Positions 19,836 to 30,046 of a stretch of 64,000 bases of DNA are shown piece by piece. This DNA is from Candidatus Latescibacterota bacterium. Its GTDB lineage: Bacteria; Latescibacterota; UBA2968; GCA-2709665. Location: positions 3,168,001 to 3,232,000 of the forward strand of contig OZ250150.1 in assembly GCA_965237675.1 (NCBI GenBank), in the 5' to 3' direction. Made by a program: the position numbers and the translations under genes. How positions within the stretch are numbered: position 1 is the first letter of the stretch; the number at the start of each line of letters is the position of its first letter. Below the pieces are notes generated by a model. It had not been told where the DNA came from. It made no database searches and worked only from the letters and a program-made list of their open reading frames with translations.

Positions 19836-20141
19836 CGTCGCAAGTGAGACGCAAAGGCGCCGGGCCCCGTCGAAGACGCGTTAAGGCGACGTTCGGAACC
19901 TGGTGCGGAGTTTGTCGAATCACGGGTAAAAACGGCAATACCGGTCGACGGATCCCGTGTGGCTGGGAAGCATGACTCCCCCGCAGGAAAGCGTCCGAAG
20001 CCATGCGGGAGGCGAGTAGAATGCGCACCGTTCGACAACGATTTTTTCGCGGTGCCTCCGGCCGTCAGGAAATGGATTCCGGCAGAACTCGGTTCGAACG
20101 TTTCGTTCGCCCTTTTTTTGTATTCCCGTATTTCAGACATT

Positions 20142-21110
20142 TCAAGGGGTCAAGAGTACTTTGCCCTTGGTCTGCCTGCCTTCCAGAAGCCGGTGGGCCT
20201 CCGGGGCATCCGAAAGAGGAAGGGTACGGTCAATGCGCAGTCTGAGCGTGTCGGACTGCAACCAACCAAGCACCTCCCCGGCGCGAAGATGCAGTTCCTC
20301 CCGGGTCGCGGTGTAGTCTACAAGGGTGGGGCGCGTCATGAATATTGAGCCGTGACGGGTGAGCAGCAGTGGATCCACGGGCGGCACGGGGCCGCTGGCA
20401 TTGCCGAAGAGCACGAGGAAGCCCCGCGGCCGAAGGCATTTCAGGCTTTTTTCCCAGGTCGCTTTCCCCACTGAGTCGTAAGCGACGTTAACGCCCTGGC
20501 CGTCCGTGAGACGCTTGACCTCGGCTTCAAAATCCTGTTCGGTATATCGGATGGTTTCGTCCGCTCCCGCGTCTCGTGCAAGTTGAGCTTTTTCTTCAGT
20601 TGAGACGGTGCCGATGACCTGCGCCCCCCGCAATTTCGCCATCTGGACAAGGATGAGTCCTACGCCGCCCGCGGCGGCGTGGATGAGAACGGTGTCGCCT
20701 TCCGCAATCTCGTACGTGCTGTGCACCAGGTAGTGGGATGTCATTCCCTGAAGCATGGCGGCCGCGCCCGCGGCGGGGTCCACGCCGTCGGGAAGTTTGA
20801 CGAGTCTTTCCTGTGGCGCCGCCACGAATTCGGCATAGGAACCGGGCACACCGGCGTAGGCCACGCGATCGCCCAACTGGAAATCGGTGGCTTCAGAACC
20901 CAGGGACACGACCGTACCGGCGGCCTCGAGACCGGGTATGAAGGGCAGGTCGAGCGGATAGAGGCCAGTGCGGTGGTACGTGTCTATATAGTTCAGACCG
21001 ATGGCTTCTGTTTCGACCAGAACCTCACCCGGGCCGGGCTCCGGATTCGGGACATCCTTAAAGCAAAGGACTTCAGGACCGCCGGTCCGGGAAACGTGAA
21101 TCGCTTTCAT
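20142..21110 (-). CDS. qor: NADPH:quinone oxidoreductase (zeta-crystallin/MDR family)
   Basis: GGPEVL, GLNYIDTYHRTGLY, HAAAGGVG, YDSVGK, GNASG, TKGKVLL. GGAGA RBS. Confidence 0.9.
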   Translation of the reverse strand: MKAIHVSRTGGPEVLCFKDVPNPEPGPGEVLVETEAIGLNYIDTYHRTGLYPLDLPFIPGLEAAGTVVSLGSEATDFQLGDRVAYAGVPGSYAEFVAAPQERLVKLPDGVDPAAGAAAMLQGMTSHYLVHSTYEIAEGDTVLIHAAAGGVGLILVQMAKLRGAQVIGTVSTEEKAQLARDAGADETIRYTEQDFEAEVKRLTDGQGVNVAYDSVGKATWEKSLKCLRPRGFLVLFGNASGPVPPVDPLLLTRHGSIFMTRPTLVDYTATREELHLRAGEVLGWLQSDTLRLRIDRTLPLSDAPEAHRLLEGRQTKGKVLLTP

Positions 21111-21129
21111 GGTAATCTCCTTGTCGGGT

Positions 21130-23343
21130 TCAGTGCCGGGCTGAAATGCCCAGAGAGATGCGCCTGGGTGACCCCAGATTGCGTTCAACAATGGCATAGT
21201 TGTACGCGAGGGCGTTATGGGCCTTTAAGACGACCTGGATCTGTCCGAAAGCGTACGCGGCAGAGAGGTCGAACAGGTAAACCGGTATGAGATCGCGGTT
21301 CCCTTCCGGCAAGAGTCCGGATGCGCGCAGGATTCGGCTTCTGAACGTGAATCGACCTTCCAATGTGAGACGGCGGAACGTGGTCTGCAATCCGGCGGTG
21401 GCAATGTGTCGGGGGCGATAGGGCAGCGGCTGATCGCCCTCAGGCAGATTTTCGATCGCGCTGATGAAGGTATAGTTCCCTTCGAGGCGCAACGGATCCA
21501 ACGCGGCTGCAAGGCCCGCTTCGACGCCGGCGGTTCGGCCCCTGGCGACGTTCCGGAAACTGACGACGCCGGCGAAGTCCGGCCGGGCCTCGACGAGGTC
21601 CTGATAGCGGCTCCAGAATGCCGCGGCGTTGAGGTGAGACCAGGGAGTTGGACGGTGATCCAGGGCGACTTCGGTGGAGATGCTTTTTTCGGCCGCCAGG
21701 CCGGTATTGGGAACGATGGGAATGGCGGAGAAGGTGGCGTCTGTGTAGATTTCCGCGATTGAGGGTCCTCTGAAGCCCCATCCCAGGGTTGCGCGCAACG
21801 TGGAGCGCCTGGATGGGCGATAAGAGAAACCCAGCTTGGGACTGAAACGATTTTCCGCCTCGCGGTCGTCGGTGCGGTAACGGTCGAAGCGGCTGCCCCC
21901 GGAGAGCGTAAGCCGATCCGTGGCTTCGATTTCGGCCTGCGCGTACGCGGCCAGATTGAGCCCGGTGTGATTGCCGAAGAGGTGGTCCGAAGAATGCACG
22001 GTGTCATGGATCCATTGCGCTCCGACGGTAAGCGCCACCATTCTGGCGGGCTGGAGATCCAACTGGAGTTCCTGGCCGAATTTGTAGGCTTCCGACCGGG
22101 TTCGCCCGCTAATTTCGTTGTCAAATTCCGTGCGATACACAAAGGATTTGAGTCGATAGCCCGTTTGCGGGTCGAGCAGGTGGTAGAAGTCGACGTTCAG
22201 ATTCAGCTTCTGGGATACGGTTTTGTCGTTTTTGGCGCTCTCAGGCACTACCAGGGGCTCGTTTCTGTCTTTCCAGAGGACGAAGGTGCCGTGATCGTCC
22301 AGGGCCCAGTTGCAGGTTGCGGTGAACGTCGCCGCAGCCTTGAAGCGATGCCTGAGTTTGCCGAAAAGTTTGTATCTCCTGTGCCATGCGTTTTCTCTGA
22401 ATCCGTTGGTCCATTTTTGTCCGGCCCCCAGAATGAAACCGGTGTTGCCGGACTGTCGGGAGTGGCTGACGTCTATACCCTCGAAGTACCTCCCGCTCGA
22501 TGACCAGCGCCACTCCTGATGGCTGGGTTCGCTGTATCGTCCGCCCAGAAACCGGAAGTGTGTCTCCGGTTTGGGCGCCGGATTCCGGGTGATGACGTTG
22601 ATGATGCCGCCGAGTGCGCCGGTGCCGTAAAGCGCGGACCCGGCGCCTTTAATGATTTCCACGCGCGCGATCTGGTCGATAGGAATGGCGTCCCACTTGA
22701 CGTCGGCGTTGTCGGCGGATAGTGCCGGAAATCCGTCGATCAGCATAAGCACGCGGCTTCCCGTTCCCCTGGAATAACCGCTGGACCCCCGTATGTTGAC
22801 CTGGCCTCCCACCATATTGACGCCGGGCACGTATTCCAGGGATTCGTTCAGGGAGACGGAATTGTCGGACTGGAGTTGCTCCGAGCCGATGATCGAGACG
22901 CTTGTTGGCGCGTCGACGACGTTTCGGGCGCGTTTGCTCGCGGAGACCACGATGGCGGGCATTTTAATGGGCGTGGACGAGAGTTGGACCCACAGCCGGA
23001 GGGTATCGTTCGCGGCAACCCGAACGTCTTTCGCTACATGCGGTGCGAAACCCAGCATGGAGACGGAGACGGTGTAGACGCCCGGCGGTAAACCGGTCAA
23101 GCTGAATTTACCGTCCACGTCGGTTTCCGTTCCGATGCCGGTGCCAAGCAATACGATGTTGGCGCCCGGCAACGGTTCACCGGTCTTGTCGTCGGTTGTT
23201 CGTCCTACCATCGCGCCCGAGGTTTCCGCCTGCAGGGATGAGCCCAGACAAAGAAGGCAGAGGAGGCAGAAAGCCGGTGCAAATGCGGCGATCCGGCCGA
23301 TCGGCGCCCTGCACGAGGTCGAAATAGGTCTGGATATCGACAT
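21130..23343 (-). CDS. TonB-dependent receptor
   Basis: Signal peptide, carboxypeptidase-regulatory-like N-domain (GEPLPGANI...TDVDGKF), plug (RVEIIKGAGSALYG), beta-barrel C-terminus. Confidence 0.92.
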   Translation of the reverse strand: MSISRPISTSCRAPIGRIAAFAPAFCLLCLLCLGSSLQAETSGAMVGRTTDDKTGEPLPGANIVLLGTGIGTETDVDGKFSLTGLPPGVYTVSVSMLGFAPHVAKDVRVAANDTLRLWVQLSSTPIKMPAIVVSASKRARNVVDAPTSVSIIGSEQLQSDNSVSLNESLEYVPGVNMVGGQVNIRGSSGYSRGTGSRVLMLIDGFPALSADNADVKWDAIPIDQIARVEIIKGAGSALYGTGALGGIINVITRNPAPKPETHFRFLGGRYSEPSHQEWRWSSSGRYFEGIDVSHSRQSGNTGFILGAGQKWTNGFRENAWHRRYKLFGKLRHRFKAAATFTATCNWALDDHGTFVLWKDRNEPLVVPESAKNDKTVSQKLNLNVDFYHLLDPQTGYRLKSFVYRTEFDNEISGRTRSEAYKFGQELQLDLQPARMVALTVGAQWIHDTVHSSDHLFGNHTGLNLAAYAQAEIEATDRLTLSGGSRFDRYRTDDREAENRFSPKLGFSYRPSRRSTLRATLGWGFRGPSIAEIYTDATFSAIPIVPNTGLAAEKSISTEVALDHRPTPWSHLNAAAFWSRYQDLVEARPDFAGVVSFRNVARGRTAGVEAGLAAALDPLRLEGNYTFISAIENLPEGDQPLPYRPRHIATAGLQTTFRRLTLEGRFTFRSRILRASGLLPEGNRDLIPVYLFDLSAAYAFGQIQVVLKAHNALAYNYAIVERNLGSPRRISLGISARH

Positions 23344-23743
23344 TTTTTGTGGTTTCACCCAGATGAACCTGCACCGGTGTGGGCAGGGTGTCGTTGCCAA
23401 CGTGGTAACAGCCGATCAAGGAGTCGAAGTTCCAGAAGCCGCCCTCTGGCCGCCAGGCCACCACAATCCATTCATAGGTGCCCGGCTCTTCCAGAGGGAC
23501 GGAATATTCGTACCGGACCGCACCGATGGTCACGGATGTATCCCAGCCTGCGATGTTGAAAAAATCGGCCAGCGTCTGCGGGCGACGCCTGTAGACCGCC
23601 ACGGCGACGTCGTTGGTTTCCGGCGGCCACTCGCCGTTGAATATCAGGGTTCCCTTGATGCCCGTACCGTCTGGTGGCCCGGGACCCAGGCCGCGGCCAC
23701 AGGCGATAAGCAGGAGAAAGGCCGTTGGAATGAAACGTTTCAT
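23177..23743 (-). CDS. Hypothetical lipoprotein
   Basis: MKRFIPTAFLLLIAC lipobox; beta-rich body. The 3' end overlaps the start of the TonB receptor gene. Confidence 0.7.
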   Translation of the reverse strand: MKRFIPTAFLLLIACGRGLGPGPPDGTGIKGTLIFNGEWPPETNDVAVAVYRRRPQTLADFFNIAGWDTSVTIGAVRYEYSVPLEEPGTYEWIVVAWRPEGGFWNFDSLIGCYHVGNDTLPTPVQVHLGETTKNVDIQTYFDLVQGADRPDRRICTGFLPPLPSLSGLIPAGGNLGRDGRTNNRRQDR

Positions 23744-23811
23744 GTCGGATACGCGGCGGGTAAGCAGCGTTCGGGGTTTGCGCGTGATCGGTGTCGCCAC
23801 GCTGGTTTTGC

Positions 23812-23840
23812 TTGACATGGCCGGGGGATCAAAATAAGTT
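23812..23840 (+). promoter_or_regulatory. Putative promoter for the ygfZ-like gene
   Basis: TTGACA-N17-TAAGTT. Confidence 0.5.
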
Positions 23841-23889
23841 TCATCAGGACGTAAACGTATTTTCTCGGGGTTCAATCGGGAGGTCCCCA

Positions 23890-24984
23890 ATGACCATTTC
23901 AGCGCTACGGGCAGCCAAACTGGCGGCGGGCGCGGTATTCGAACGGATTGACGGCAGGGAGGCGGCGGCCCACTACGGTGATGTTGCATCCGAGTATGTT
24001 TCAGTTCGAGAGGCCGTGGGTCTGATCGATCGGGGCGACAGGGGCCACCTGCTCGTTACCGGCTCGGATCGTGCACGTTTCTTGCACGGGATGTTGAGCA
24101 ATACGGTCGAAGGGCTGGAAAACGGGTCGGGCAACTATGCGACAATGACCACGCCTAAGGGCCAGACGTTGACCGATGTATGGGTGTATCGCCGAGCGGA
24201 AGGGTTCTTGCTGGAGACGGAGCCCGGATTTCAGGGGAAATTGATGGCGGCCCTGGATAAGTACCTGGTCGCGGACGACGTAAATATCAGAGACATCACC
24301 GGGGAACAGGCGATATTGGGCGTGCACGGATCCGGCTCCCGCGCTGTGATCGCGCGTACGTTGGGCGAGGTACCCGCCGATCTTGCGGATTGCCATACCG
24401 TAGATCGTGCGATGGATGGCGCGGTTGTGTCTGTGACCGCGCGATATTATACGGGAGAGCCCGGCTACGATCTTCGGATAGCGGCGGACAAAGTCCCTCT
24501 CCTGTGGAATGCGCTGATTGCTGCGGGCGCGCGCCCCGTGGGTGTTCGCGCATTGGAGGCATTGCGAATAGAGTCCGGAATTCCACGTTACGGAGTGGAC
24601 ATGGACGAGCGGGTTGTACCGCTGGAAGCGGGCCTTTATCACGCGGTCGATTTCGCAAAAGGATGTTTTATTGGCCAGGAAACGATCGCCAAGATGCACA
24701 ACCTGGGCAAGCCCAGACGGTATCTGGTTGGTCTCCGCCATGAGACGGAAAGAATCCCGCCCTCTGAGACGCCCCTTCGCGACGGCGAAAAACAGATCGG
24801 ATGGACAACGAGCAGCCTGCTTTCACCTGCCCTGGGAAGGGTGGTATCGCTGGCGTCGGTTCGAAGGGGCTATGAACAGCCGGGCCGGTTCCTGTCTATC
24901 GATGGAGGAGGCCGGGCCGAGGTCGTTGAACTGCCGTTTTATCGACGACAGGCAGCCCGGCGCGGAGCCGATCCATCATTTTAG
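23890..24984 (+). CDS. ygfZ: Folate-binding protein YgfZ (GcvT family)
   Basis: KGCFIGQE signature, GcvT-like fold. GGGAGG RBS before ATG 23890. Confidence 0.85.
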   Translation: MTISALRAAKLAAGAVFERIDGREAAAHYGDVASEYVSVREAVGLIDRGDRGHLLVTGSDRARFLHGMLSNTVEGLENGSGNYATMTTPKGQTLTDVWVYRRAEGFLLETEPGFQGKLMAALDKYLVADDVNIRDITGEQAILGVHGSGSRAVIARTLGEVPADLADCHTVDRAMDGAVVSVTARYYTGEPGYDLRIAADKVPLLWNALIAAGARPVGVRALEALRIESGIPRYGVDMDERVVPLEAGLYHAVDFAKGCFIGQETIAKMHNLGKPRRYLVGLRHETERIPPSETPLRDGEKQIGWTTSSLLSPALGRVVSLASVRRGYEQPGRFLSIDGGGRAEVVELPFYRRQAARRGADPSF

Positions 24985-25078
24985 GATAAAGGCAAAAATC
25001 GGCGATGTCAAGGGCTTTTTGTCATAAAACAGCGCAACGGCGCGCGGTGGTCTTCTTTGGCCGGAATCCACAGGGTTG

Positions 25079-25107
25079 TTGACTCTGCACATTTGTTCAT
25101 TTATATT
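25079..25107 (+). promoter_or_regulatory. Putative promoter for the folB-folK-dNK-panB-panC operon
   Basis: TTGACT-N17-TATATT. Confidence 0.6.
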
Positions 25108-25221
25108 CAGATGGATAGCGGGTCGGAAGTGGAGCGATCTCCACATTGGCGGCGCCTTTGTGTGAGGCAATTTGAGACGGGAAACGTGGCACACACCCGG
25201 TGGGCGTTGCAGAGACAGGCA

Positions 25222-25578
25222 ATGGGAAACGACGTGTTGCGTCTGAGAAATATGAGGTTTTTTGCCTATCATGGGCTGCTCCCCGAAGAGGCGAAATTGG
25301 GCCAGTGGTTTGAGGTGGACGTCGAGATCTTCGCAGACTTTCGGGGCTATGCCTGCGAAGGCGCGACCCACGCTGTCGACTATACGCGGGTTTATGAAAT
25401 GACGCAGTCGGTTGTAACGGGTGAGCGTTTCGGCATGGTGGAGGCCCTGGCCGACCGGATCGCTGAGGCGCTGCAGTCGAGCTTCCATCTGGAGCGCCTG
25501 CGTGTCAGGGTGCGCAAACCCAATCCGCCCATTCAGGCTATATTCGACGGTATTGAGGTTGAAGTGCAGCGGGGATGA
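25222..25578 (+). CDS. folB: Dihydroneopterin aldolase
   Basis: FFAYHG..PEE..GQWFEVD, VDY, RKPNPPI. Confidence 0.93.
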   Translation: MGNDVLRLRNMRFFAYHGLLPEEAKLGQWFEVDVEIFADFRGYACEGATHAVDYTRVYEMTQSVVTGERFGMVEALADRIAEALQSSFHLERLRVRVRKPNPPIQAIFDGIEVEVQRG

Positions 25579-25581
25579 CGA

Positions 25582-26094
25582 ATGACGCTCTCCTACATCG
25601 GTATGGGGGCGAACCTGAGCGACCGTGCGGCTGCACTGTGCCGCGCCACGGCCACACTGGAGGCTCACGAGAGACTTGAGGTAAAAGCAGCCTCTCCAGT
25701 CTATGAGACTGCGCCGATCGGATTGACCGACCAGCCGATGTTCCTGAATGCGGTGCTGGCCCTGGAAACAGACCTCGACGCGCGGGCACTGCTGGCATGT
25801 GTGTTGGCAGTGGAGAGCCGTTTCGGAAGAGTTCGTAAACAGCGGTGGGGTCCCCGAGTCCTGGATCTGGATATCCTGCTCTACGGCAACGAGATTATTC
25901 GGGGTCGAGGATTGCAGATACCCCATCCGAGGTTACACGAGCGGGCTTTTGTCCTGGTACCGCTGTCCGAGTTGGCGCCTCGAGGCCGCCATCCTGTGTT
26001 TAAAAAAACCTTCTCGGAATTGGCTGAAACGGTCGTTTCAAGGCAGGATGTCCGAAGGCTGAAAGGGGTTTCACTCATGTCGTTGCGTACATAA
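25582..26094 (+). CDS. folK: 2-amino-4-hydroxy-6-hydroxymethyldihydropteridine diphosphokinase
   Basis: IGMGANL, FLNAV, WGPRVLDLDIL, PHPRLHERAFVLVPL. Confidence 0.96.
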   Translation: MTLSYIGMGANLSDRAAALCRATATLEAHERLEVKAASPVYETAPIGLTDQPMFLNAVLALETDLDARALLACVLAVESRFGRVRKQRWGPRVLDLDILLYGNEIIRGRGLQIPHPRLHERAFVLVPLSELAPRGRHPVFKKTFSELAETVVSRQDVRRLKGVSLMSLRT

Positions 26095-26105
26095 GGACGC
26101 AAGCT

Positions 26106-26747
26106 GTGAGCGTACGTTATATCGCAATCGAAGGTCCACCGTGTGCGGGGAAGACCGATCTTGCACGCCTGCTGGGCAGGTCTCTGCAGGCGCGCCTGGT
26201 TCTCGAAGAGGCGGGAGAGAATCCGTTTCTGCCCCTATTTTACGAGAACCCCGAGCACTACGGGTTTCAGACGCAGGTCTTCTTCATGCTGCACCGTTAC
26301 CGGCAACAACAGGATTTGCATCAGATGGACCTGTTCGAGTCCACGGTGGTCAGCAATTATCATTTCGCCCGGAGCGGTATATACGCCCATGTCTCCCTGA
26401 ACGACGCCGAACTGTCACTTTACGAGCGTATGGCCGAGACGCTTTACGAGAAGGTGCCGGTTCCCGATCTCGTCATTTACCTGCATAATTCGACGGAAAG
26501 TCTCCTTCGGCGGGTTCGAAAGCAGACGCCGACGTACGAACGCCTGATGACCGAATCGTATCTGTCACGTCTTGTTGAGGCATACACCCATTTCTTCTTT
26601 CACTATACGGAGTCGCCTTTGCTCATCATCAATGCGTCACAGGTCGACTTCGTGCGGAATCCCCGGGGTCTGGAGGAACTGCTGCATCAGGTGAAGGAGC
26701 CGCCGGCTGGCACCCGCTACTACCGCTCGTTCCAGATAGAGGCTTGA
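26106..26747 (+). CDS. Deoxynucleoside kinase
   Basis: IAIEG..AGKT P-loop, ENPFLPLFY, PDLVIYL. Confidence 0.9.
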   Translation: MSVRYIAIEGPPCAGKTDLARLLGRSLQARLVLEEAGENPFLPLFYENPEHYGFQTQVFFMLHRYRQQQDLHQMDLFESTVVSNYHFARSGIYAHVSLNDAELSLYERMAETLYEKVPVPDLVIYLHNSTESLLRRVRKQTPTYERLMTESYLSRLVEAYTHFFFHYTESPLLIINASQVDFVRNPRGLEELLHQVKEPPAGTRYYRSFQIEA

Positions 26748-27628
26748 TGGCGGCACACGAACATATGCATGGGGGAGCTCAAGGAGTGTCCGACGAGGAA
26801 TTACGTGCCACACCGTGTGTATTGATGGGGATGAAGAGGCGAGGCGAGCCAATTGCCATGCTGACGTGTTATGATTTTCCGACCGCCATTTTGCAGGATG
26901 CCTCGAACGTGGATGTCATCCTGGTCGGCGATTCGGTAGGGATCAATATACTCGGATACGAAAGTCCTCAACAGGTTACCATGGCGGATATGCTTCACCA
27001 TACTTGTGCGGTCAGGCGGGGTGTCCAAAGGGCAATCCTGTTGGCGGATCTACCTTACCGGTCCTACGAGACAGCTTCTCAGGCGGTCAACAACGCCCGG
27101 TTACTGGCAGACTCAGGGGCCGATATGGTAAAACTGGAAGGCGCCGAGGATGTGGCCGAAATGATCGCGGCGATTACATCCGAGGGCATTCCGGTGGTGG
27201 GCCACGTCGGACATTTGCCGCAGACCTGGAAGGGAAACCGTCATGTCTATGGAGACCGGGCCGACGAGGCTGCGCTTGTGCTGGCAGGCGCGCTGGCGCT
27301 TGAGGCGGCCGGGGCGGTCGCCGTGGTGTTGGAATGTGTTCCCGAACAGGTGGCCGGCGTGGTTACGCGCGCATTGAGCATTCCCACGATCGGTATCGGG
27401 TCGGGTCGCCGCTGCGATGGACAGGTGCTCGTGGCGCCTGATCTGTTGGGCCTCAACGACTATTCATTTCGGTATTCCAAACGGTACGCCGAGTTGGGCA
27501 GGACCATGTGCAAGGCTTTTTCGGCCTACGTTGAAGACGTGAAGGGCAAGCGGTATCCTGCCGGGGAGCATCGGTATCGAATCAGGAATGAGGAGTTACG
27601 GAAGTTCAAGGCCCTGGCGGAGGATTAG
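26747..27628 (+). CDS. panB: 3-methyl-2-oxobutanoate hydroxymethyltransferase
   Basis: MLTCYD, LVGDS, VKLEG, LECVP, PTIGIGSG, DGQVLV..DLLG. Confidence 0.95.
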   Translation: MAAHEHMHGGAQGVSDEELRATPCVLMGMKRRGEPIAMLTCYDFPTAILQDASNVDVILVGDSVGINILGYESPQQVTMADMLHHTCAVRRGVQRAILLADLPYRSYETASQAVNNARLLADSGADMVKLEGAEDVAEMIAAITSEGIPVVGHVGHLPQTWKGNRHVYGDRADEAALVLAGALALEAAGAVAVVLECVPEQVAGVVTRALSIPTIGIGSGRRCDGQVLVAPDLLGLNDYSFRYSKRYAELGRTMCKAFSAYVEDVKGKRYPAGEHRYRIRNEELRKFKALAED

Positions 27629-27710
27629 GAACAACCTCCATTCGTAGACCGAAGACACCGTGGGGCGGGGATCTCTCGCCCTGCGTTTTTGTGTGGCGAA
27701 AGACAGCCGG

Positions 27711-28598
27711 ATGACGATGGGAACGGTCAGGGTCATACGGACGGTGAATGAAATGCACCGTATTGCAGACGGAATGCGCAGGGATCGAATCCGGATCGGG
27801 CTGGTTCCTACCATGGGTTGTCTTCACGCTGGCCATTCAAGTCTGATACGTCAGGCGGGGCGGGCGTCGGAACGGACGGTCGTGAGTATCTTCGTCAATC
27901 CCGCGCAGTTCGGGCCTGATGAGGATTTCACGACGTATCCGCGCGATTTCGAACGGGACCGGGAGATCGTCCGGGAGGCCGGGGGCGACTTGATCTACGC
28001 ACCGCTGCCGGAGGAGATGTACCCCGACGGTTATGCGTCGTACGTCGAAACGGAACGGCTGACGGGCCACCTGTGCGGGGCATCCCGCCCCGGTCATTTC
28101 AGGGGCGTGGCCACGGTGGTGACGAAGCTCTTCGCAGCCGTCAAACCGCACCTGGCCATATTCGGACAGAAAGACGCCCAGCAAGCCGGTGTTGTCCGCC
28201 GGCTGGTGAGAGATCTGAATCTTGACGTAGACGTCTTGATCGCGCCGACGGTGAGAGAGGCGGACGGTTTGGCCAAGAGCTCCCGCAACGTTTACCTTAC
28301 ACCCTACCTTCGCCGGTGCGCCACAGTGCTTTACGGGGCTCTGCAGGAAGGAAGAGATCTGGTGCTGGCGGGCGAAAAGCGCGCAGCCGTGGTGCTTGAC
28401 GCCATGAACCGCCGGGTGCGCCAGAGATCGGGCGCCGAGGTCGATTACATCGCGGCGGTCGATGCCGAGGATTTTCAGCCCGTTGACACGCTTGCAGGCC
28501 GGGTTCTTCTGGCGGTGGCCGTGCAGTTTGGTCAATCCCGCCTTATCGACAATATCGTCGTGGAAACCGAAGGACCGGCGGTACGGGAAATACCATAA
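27711..28598 (+). CDS. panC: Pantoate--beta-alanine ligase
   Basis: VPTMGCLHAGH, SIFVNPAQF, RPGHFRGV, FGQKDAQQ, SSRN, RLIDN. Confidence 0.96.
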   Translation: MTMGTVRVIRTVNEMHRIADGMRRDRIRIGLVPTMGCLHAGHSSLIRQAGRASERTVVSIFVNPAQFGPDEDFTTYPRDFERDREIVREAGGDLIYAPLPEEMYPDGYASYVETERLTGHLCGASRPGHFRGVATVVTKLFAAVKPHLAIFGQKDAQQAGVVRRLVRDLNLDVDVLIAPTVREADGLAKSSRNVYLTPYLRRCATVLYGALQEGRDLVLAGEKRAAVVLDAMNRRVRQRSGAEVDYIAAVDAEDFQPVDTLAGRVLLAVAVQFGQSRLIDNIVVETEGPAVREIP

Positions 28599-28639
28599 GT
28601 ATAAGTTTTTGTTATAAGTAAGGGGGGGGTGGAAATCAC

Positions 28640-28668
28640 TTGACGTTGAGTCTGGACTTCGTTATATT
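28640..28668 (+). promoter_or_regulatory. Putative promoter for sodA
   Basis: TTGACG-N17-TATATT. Confidence 0.6.
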
Positions 28669-28738
28669 TTGTGTCCTTCATATTCGATTGTATTATCTGG
28701 ATCTGTCGCCCATCCTCATTCAACAAGGAGTGTACTCA

Positions 28739-29353
28739 ATGGCCTATTCACTTCCGGATCTGCCGTACAGTTATGACGCTCTGGAGCCCCATATCGACGC
28801 CCGAACAATGGAGATTCATCACAGCAAGCACCATAACGCCTATGTTACGAATTTGAACAACGCACTCGACGGGCACGCCGGTCTGGCCGACCAGAGTGTT
28901 GAAGATCTAATCAGTGATCTGGATCGTGTTCCCGAGGCAATTCGAACGGCGGTCCGGAACAATGGCGGCGGCCATGCCAATCACAGTCTGTTCTGGACAG
29001 TGATGTCGGCAAACGGCGGCGGAGAACCTTCCGGAGATCTGGCCGACGCCATCGACGACGCATTTGGCAGCCTGGATGCGGCACGGGAACAGTTTGCCCA
29101 GGCGGCAACCACCCGTTTCGGCAGCGGATGGGCCTGGGTGGTCGTGAACGACGGCAAACTGGAGATTCTCAGCACCCCGAATCAGGACAATCCGCTAATG
29201 ACGGGCGACGGCACGCCGATTCTCGGGCTGGACGTCTGGGAGCACGCCTATTACCTGAATTATCAGAATCGGCGCCCCGATTATATCGAGGCCTGGGGAA
29301 ACGTGATCGACTGGAGCGCGGTGGCGGCCCGATTCGCGGAAGCAACCTCCTAG
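28739..29353 (+). CDS. sodA: Superoxide dismutase, Mn-type
   Basis: [44 protein letters not shown]. Confidence 0.95.
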   Translation: MAYSLPDLPYSYDALEPHIDARTMEIHHSKHHNAYVTNLNNALDGHAGLADQSVEDLISDLDRVPEAIRTAVRNNGGGHANHSLFWTVMSANGGGEPSGDLADAIDDAFGSLDAAREQFAQAATTRFGSGWAWVVVNDGKLEILSTPNQDNPLMTGDGTPILGLDVWEHAYYLNYQNRRPDYIEAWGNVIDWSAVAARFAEATS

Positions 29354-29529
29354 CGCGAGCGTCCGCGCCGGCGCAGGAGGGATGATCGTCAGGTAGATAA
29401 CGAACACCCGCCCGATCTTCAATCCGCCGCCGGCTCCGCCGAAACGAAGCGGCAAAGCGCTGTAGACGGTTGTCGGTTTGTGTGTAAATAAACGGCCGGT
29501 TGTATGAATTTTCGCGAAAGGATCATCCG

Positions 29530-30006
29530 ATGGGGCTCAATGTAGGCGATCAGGCGCCGGACTTTACGTTAAAGAGCAAGCGCGGCGACCTGGAAGATGT
29601 TATGTTGAGCAGTTTCAAGGGAAACAAAAACGTCGTGTTGCTGTTCTTCCCCCTCGCGTATACGTCGGTCTGTACCGATGAAATGTGTTCGGTGAGTGGA
29701 GGACTTTCGGAATATAACGACCTGAATGCGCAGGTGCTGGGCATTAGCGTGGACAGTCCGTTTGCCCAGGAGGCGTGGGCAAACGAGAACGATATCTCTT
29801 TTCAGTTGCTGAGCGATTTCAACAAAGAGGTGAGCGCCGCCTACGGAGCGCAATATCAGGATCTCCTGGGTTTCAAGGGCGTCGCGAAACGCGCGGCATT
29901 CGTATTAGACAAAGAAGGGGTCATCCGGTACGCCGAAGTCTCGGAAGACGCTACCGTACTTCCCGACTTCGACGCTGTAAAACGCTGTCTTTCCACGATT
30001 GGCTGA
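29530..30006 (+). CDS. Peroxiredoxin (AhpC/TSA family)
   Basis: FFPLAYTSVCTDEMC (PxxxTxxC), GISVDS, LLSDF. Confidence 0.9.
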   Translation: MGLNVGDQAPDFTLKSKRGDLEDVMLSSFKGNKNVVLLFFPLAYTSVCTDEMCSVSGGLSEYNDLNAQVLGISVDSPFAQEAWANENDISFQLLSDFNKEVSAAYGAQYQDLLGFKGVAKRAAFVLDKEGVIRYAEVSEDATVLPDFDAVKRCLSTIG

Positions 30007-30046
30007 GCGGTCGAGTTACACAATCCTCGAGAAGGTTGAGGGTACT

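Noticed and set aside
28622-28629. G8 tract upstream of the sodA promoter as a phase-variation site
   Set aside because: It lies outside the -35/-10 spacer and the coding sequence, so there is no evident effect.
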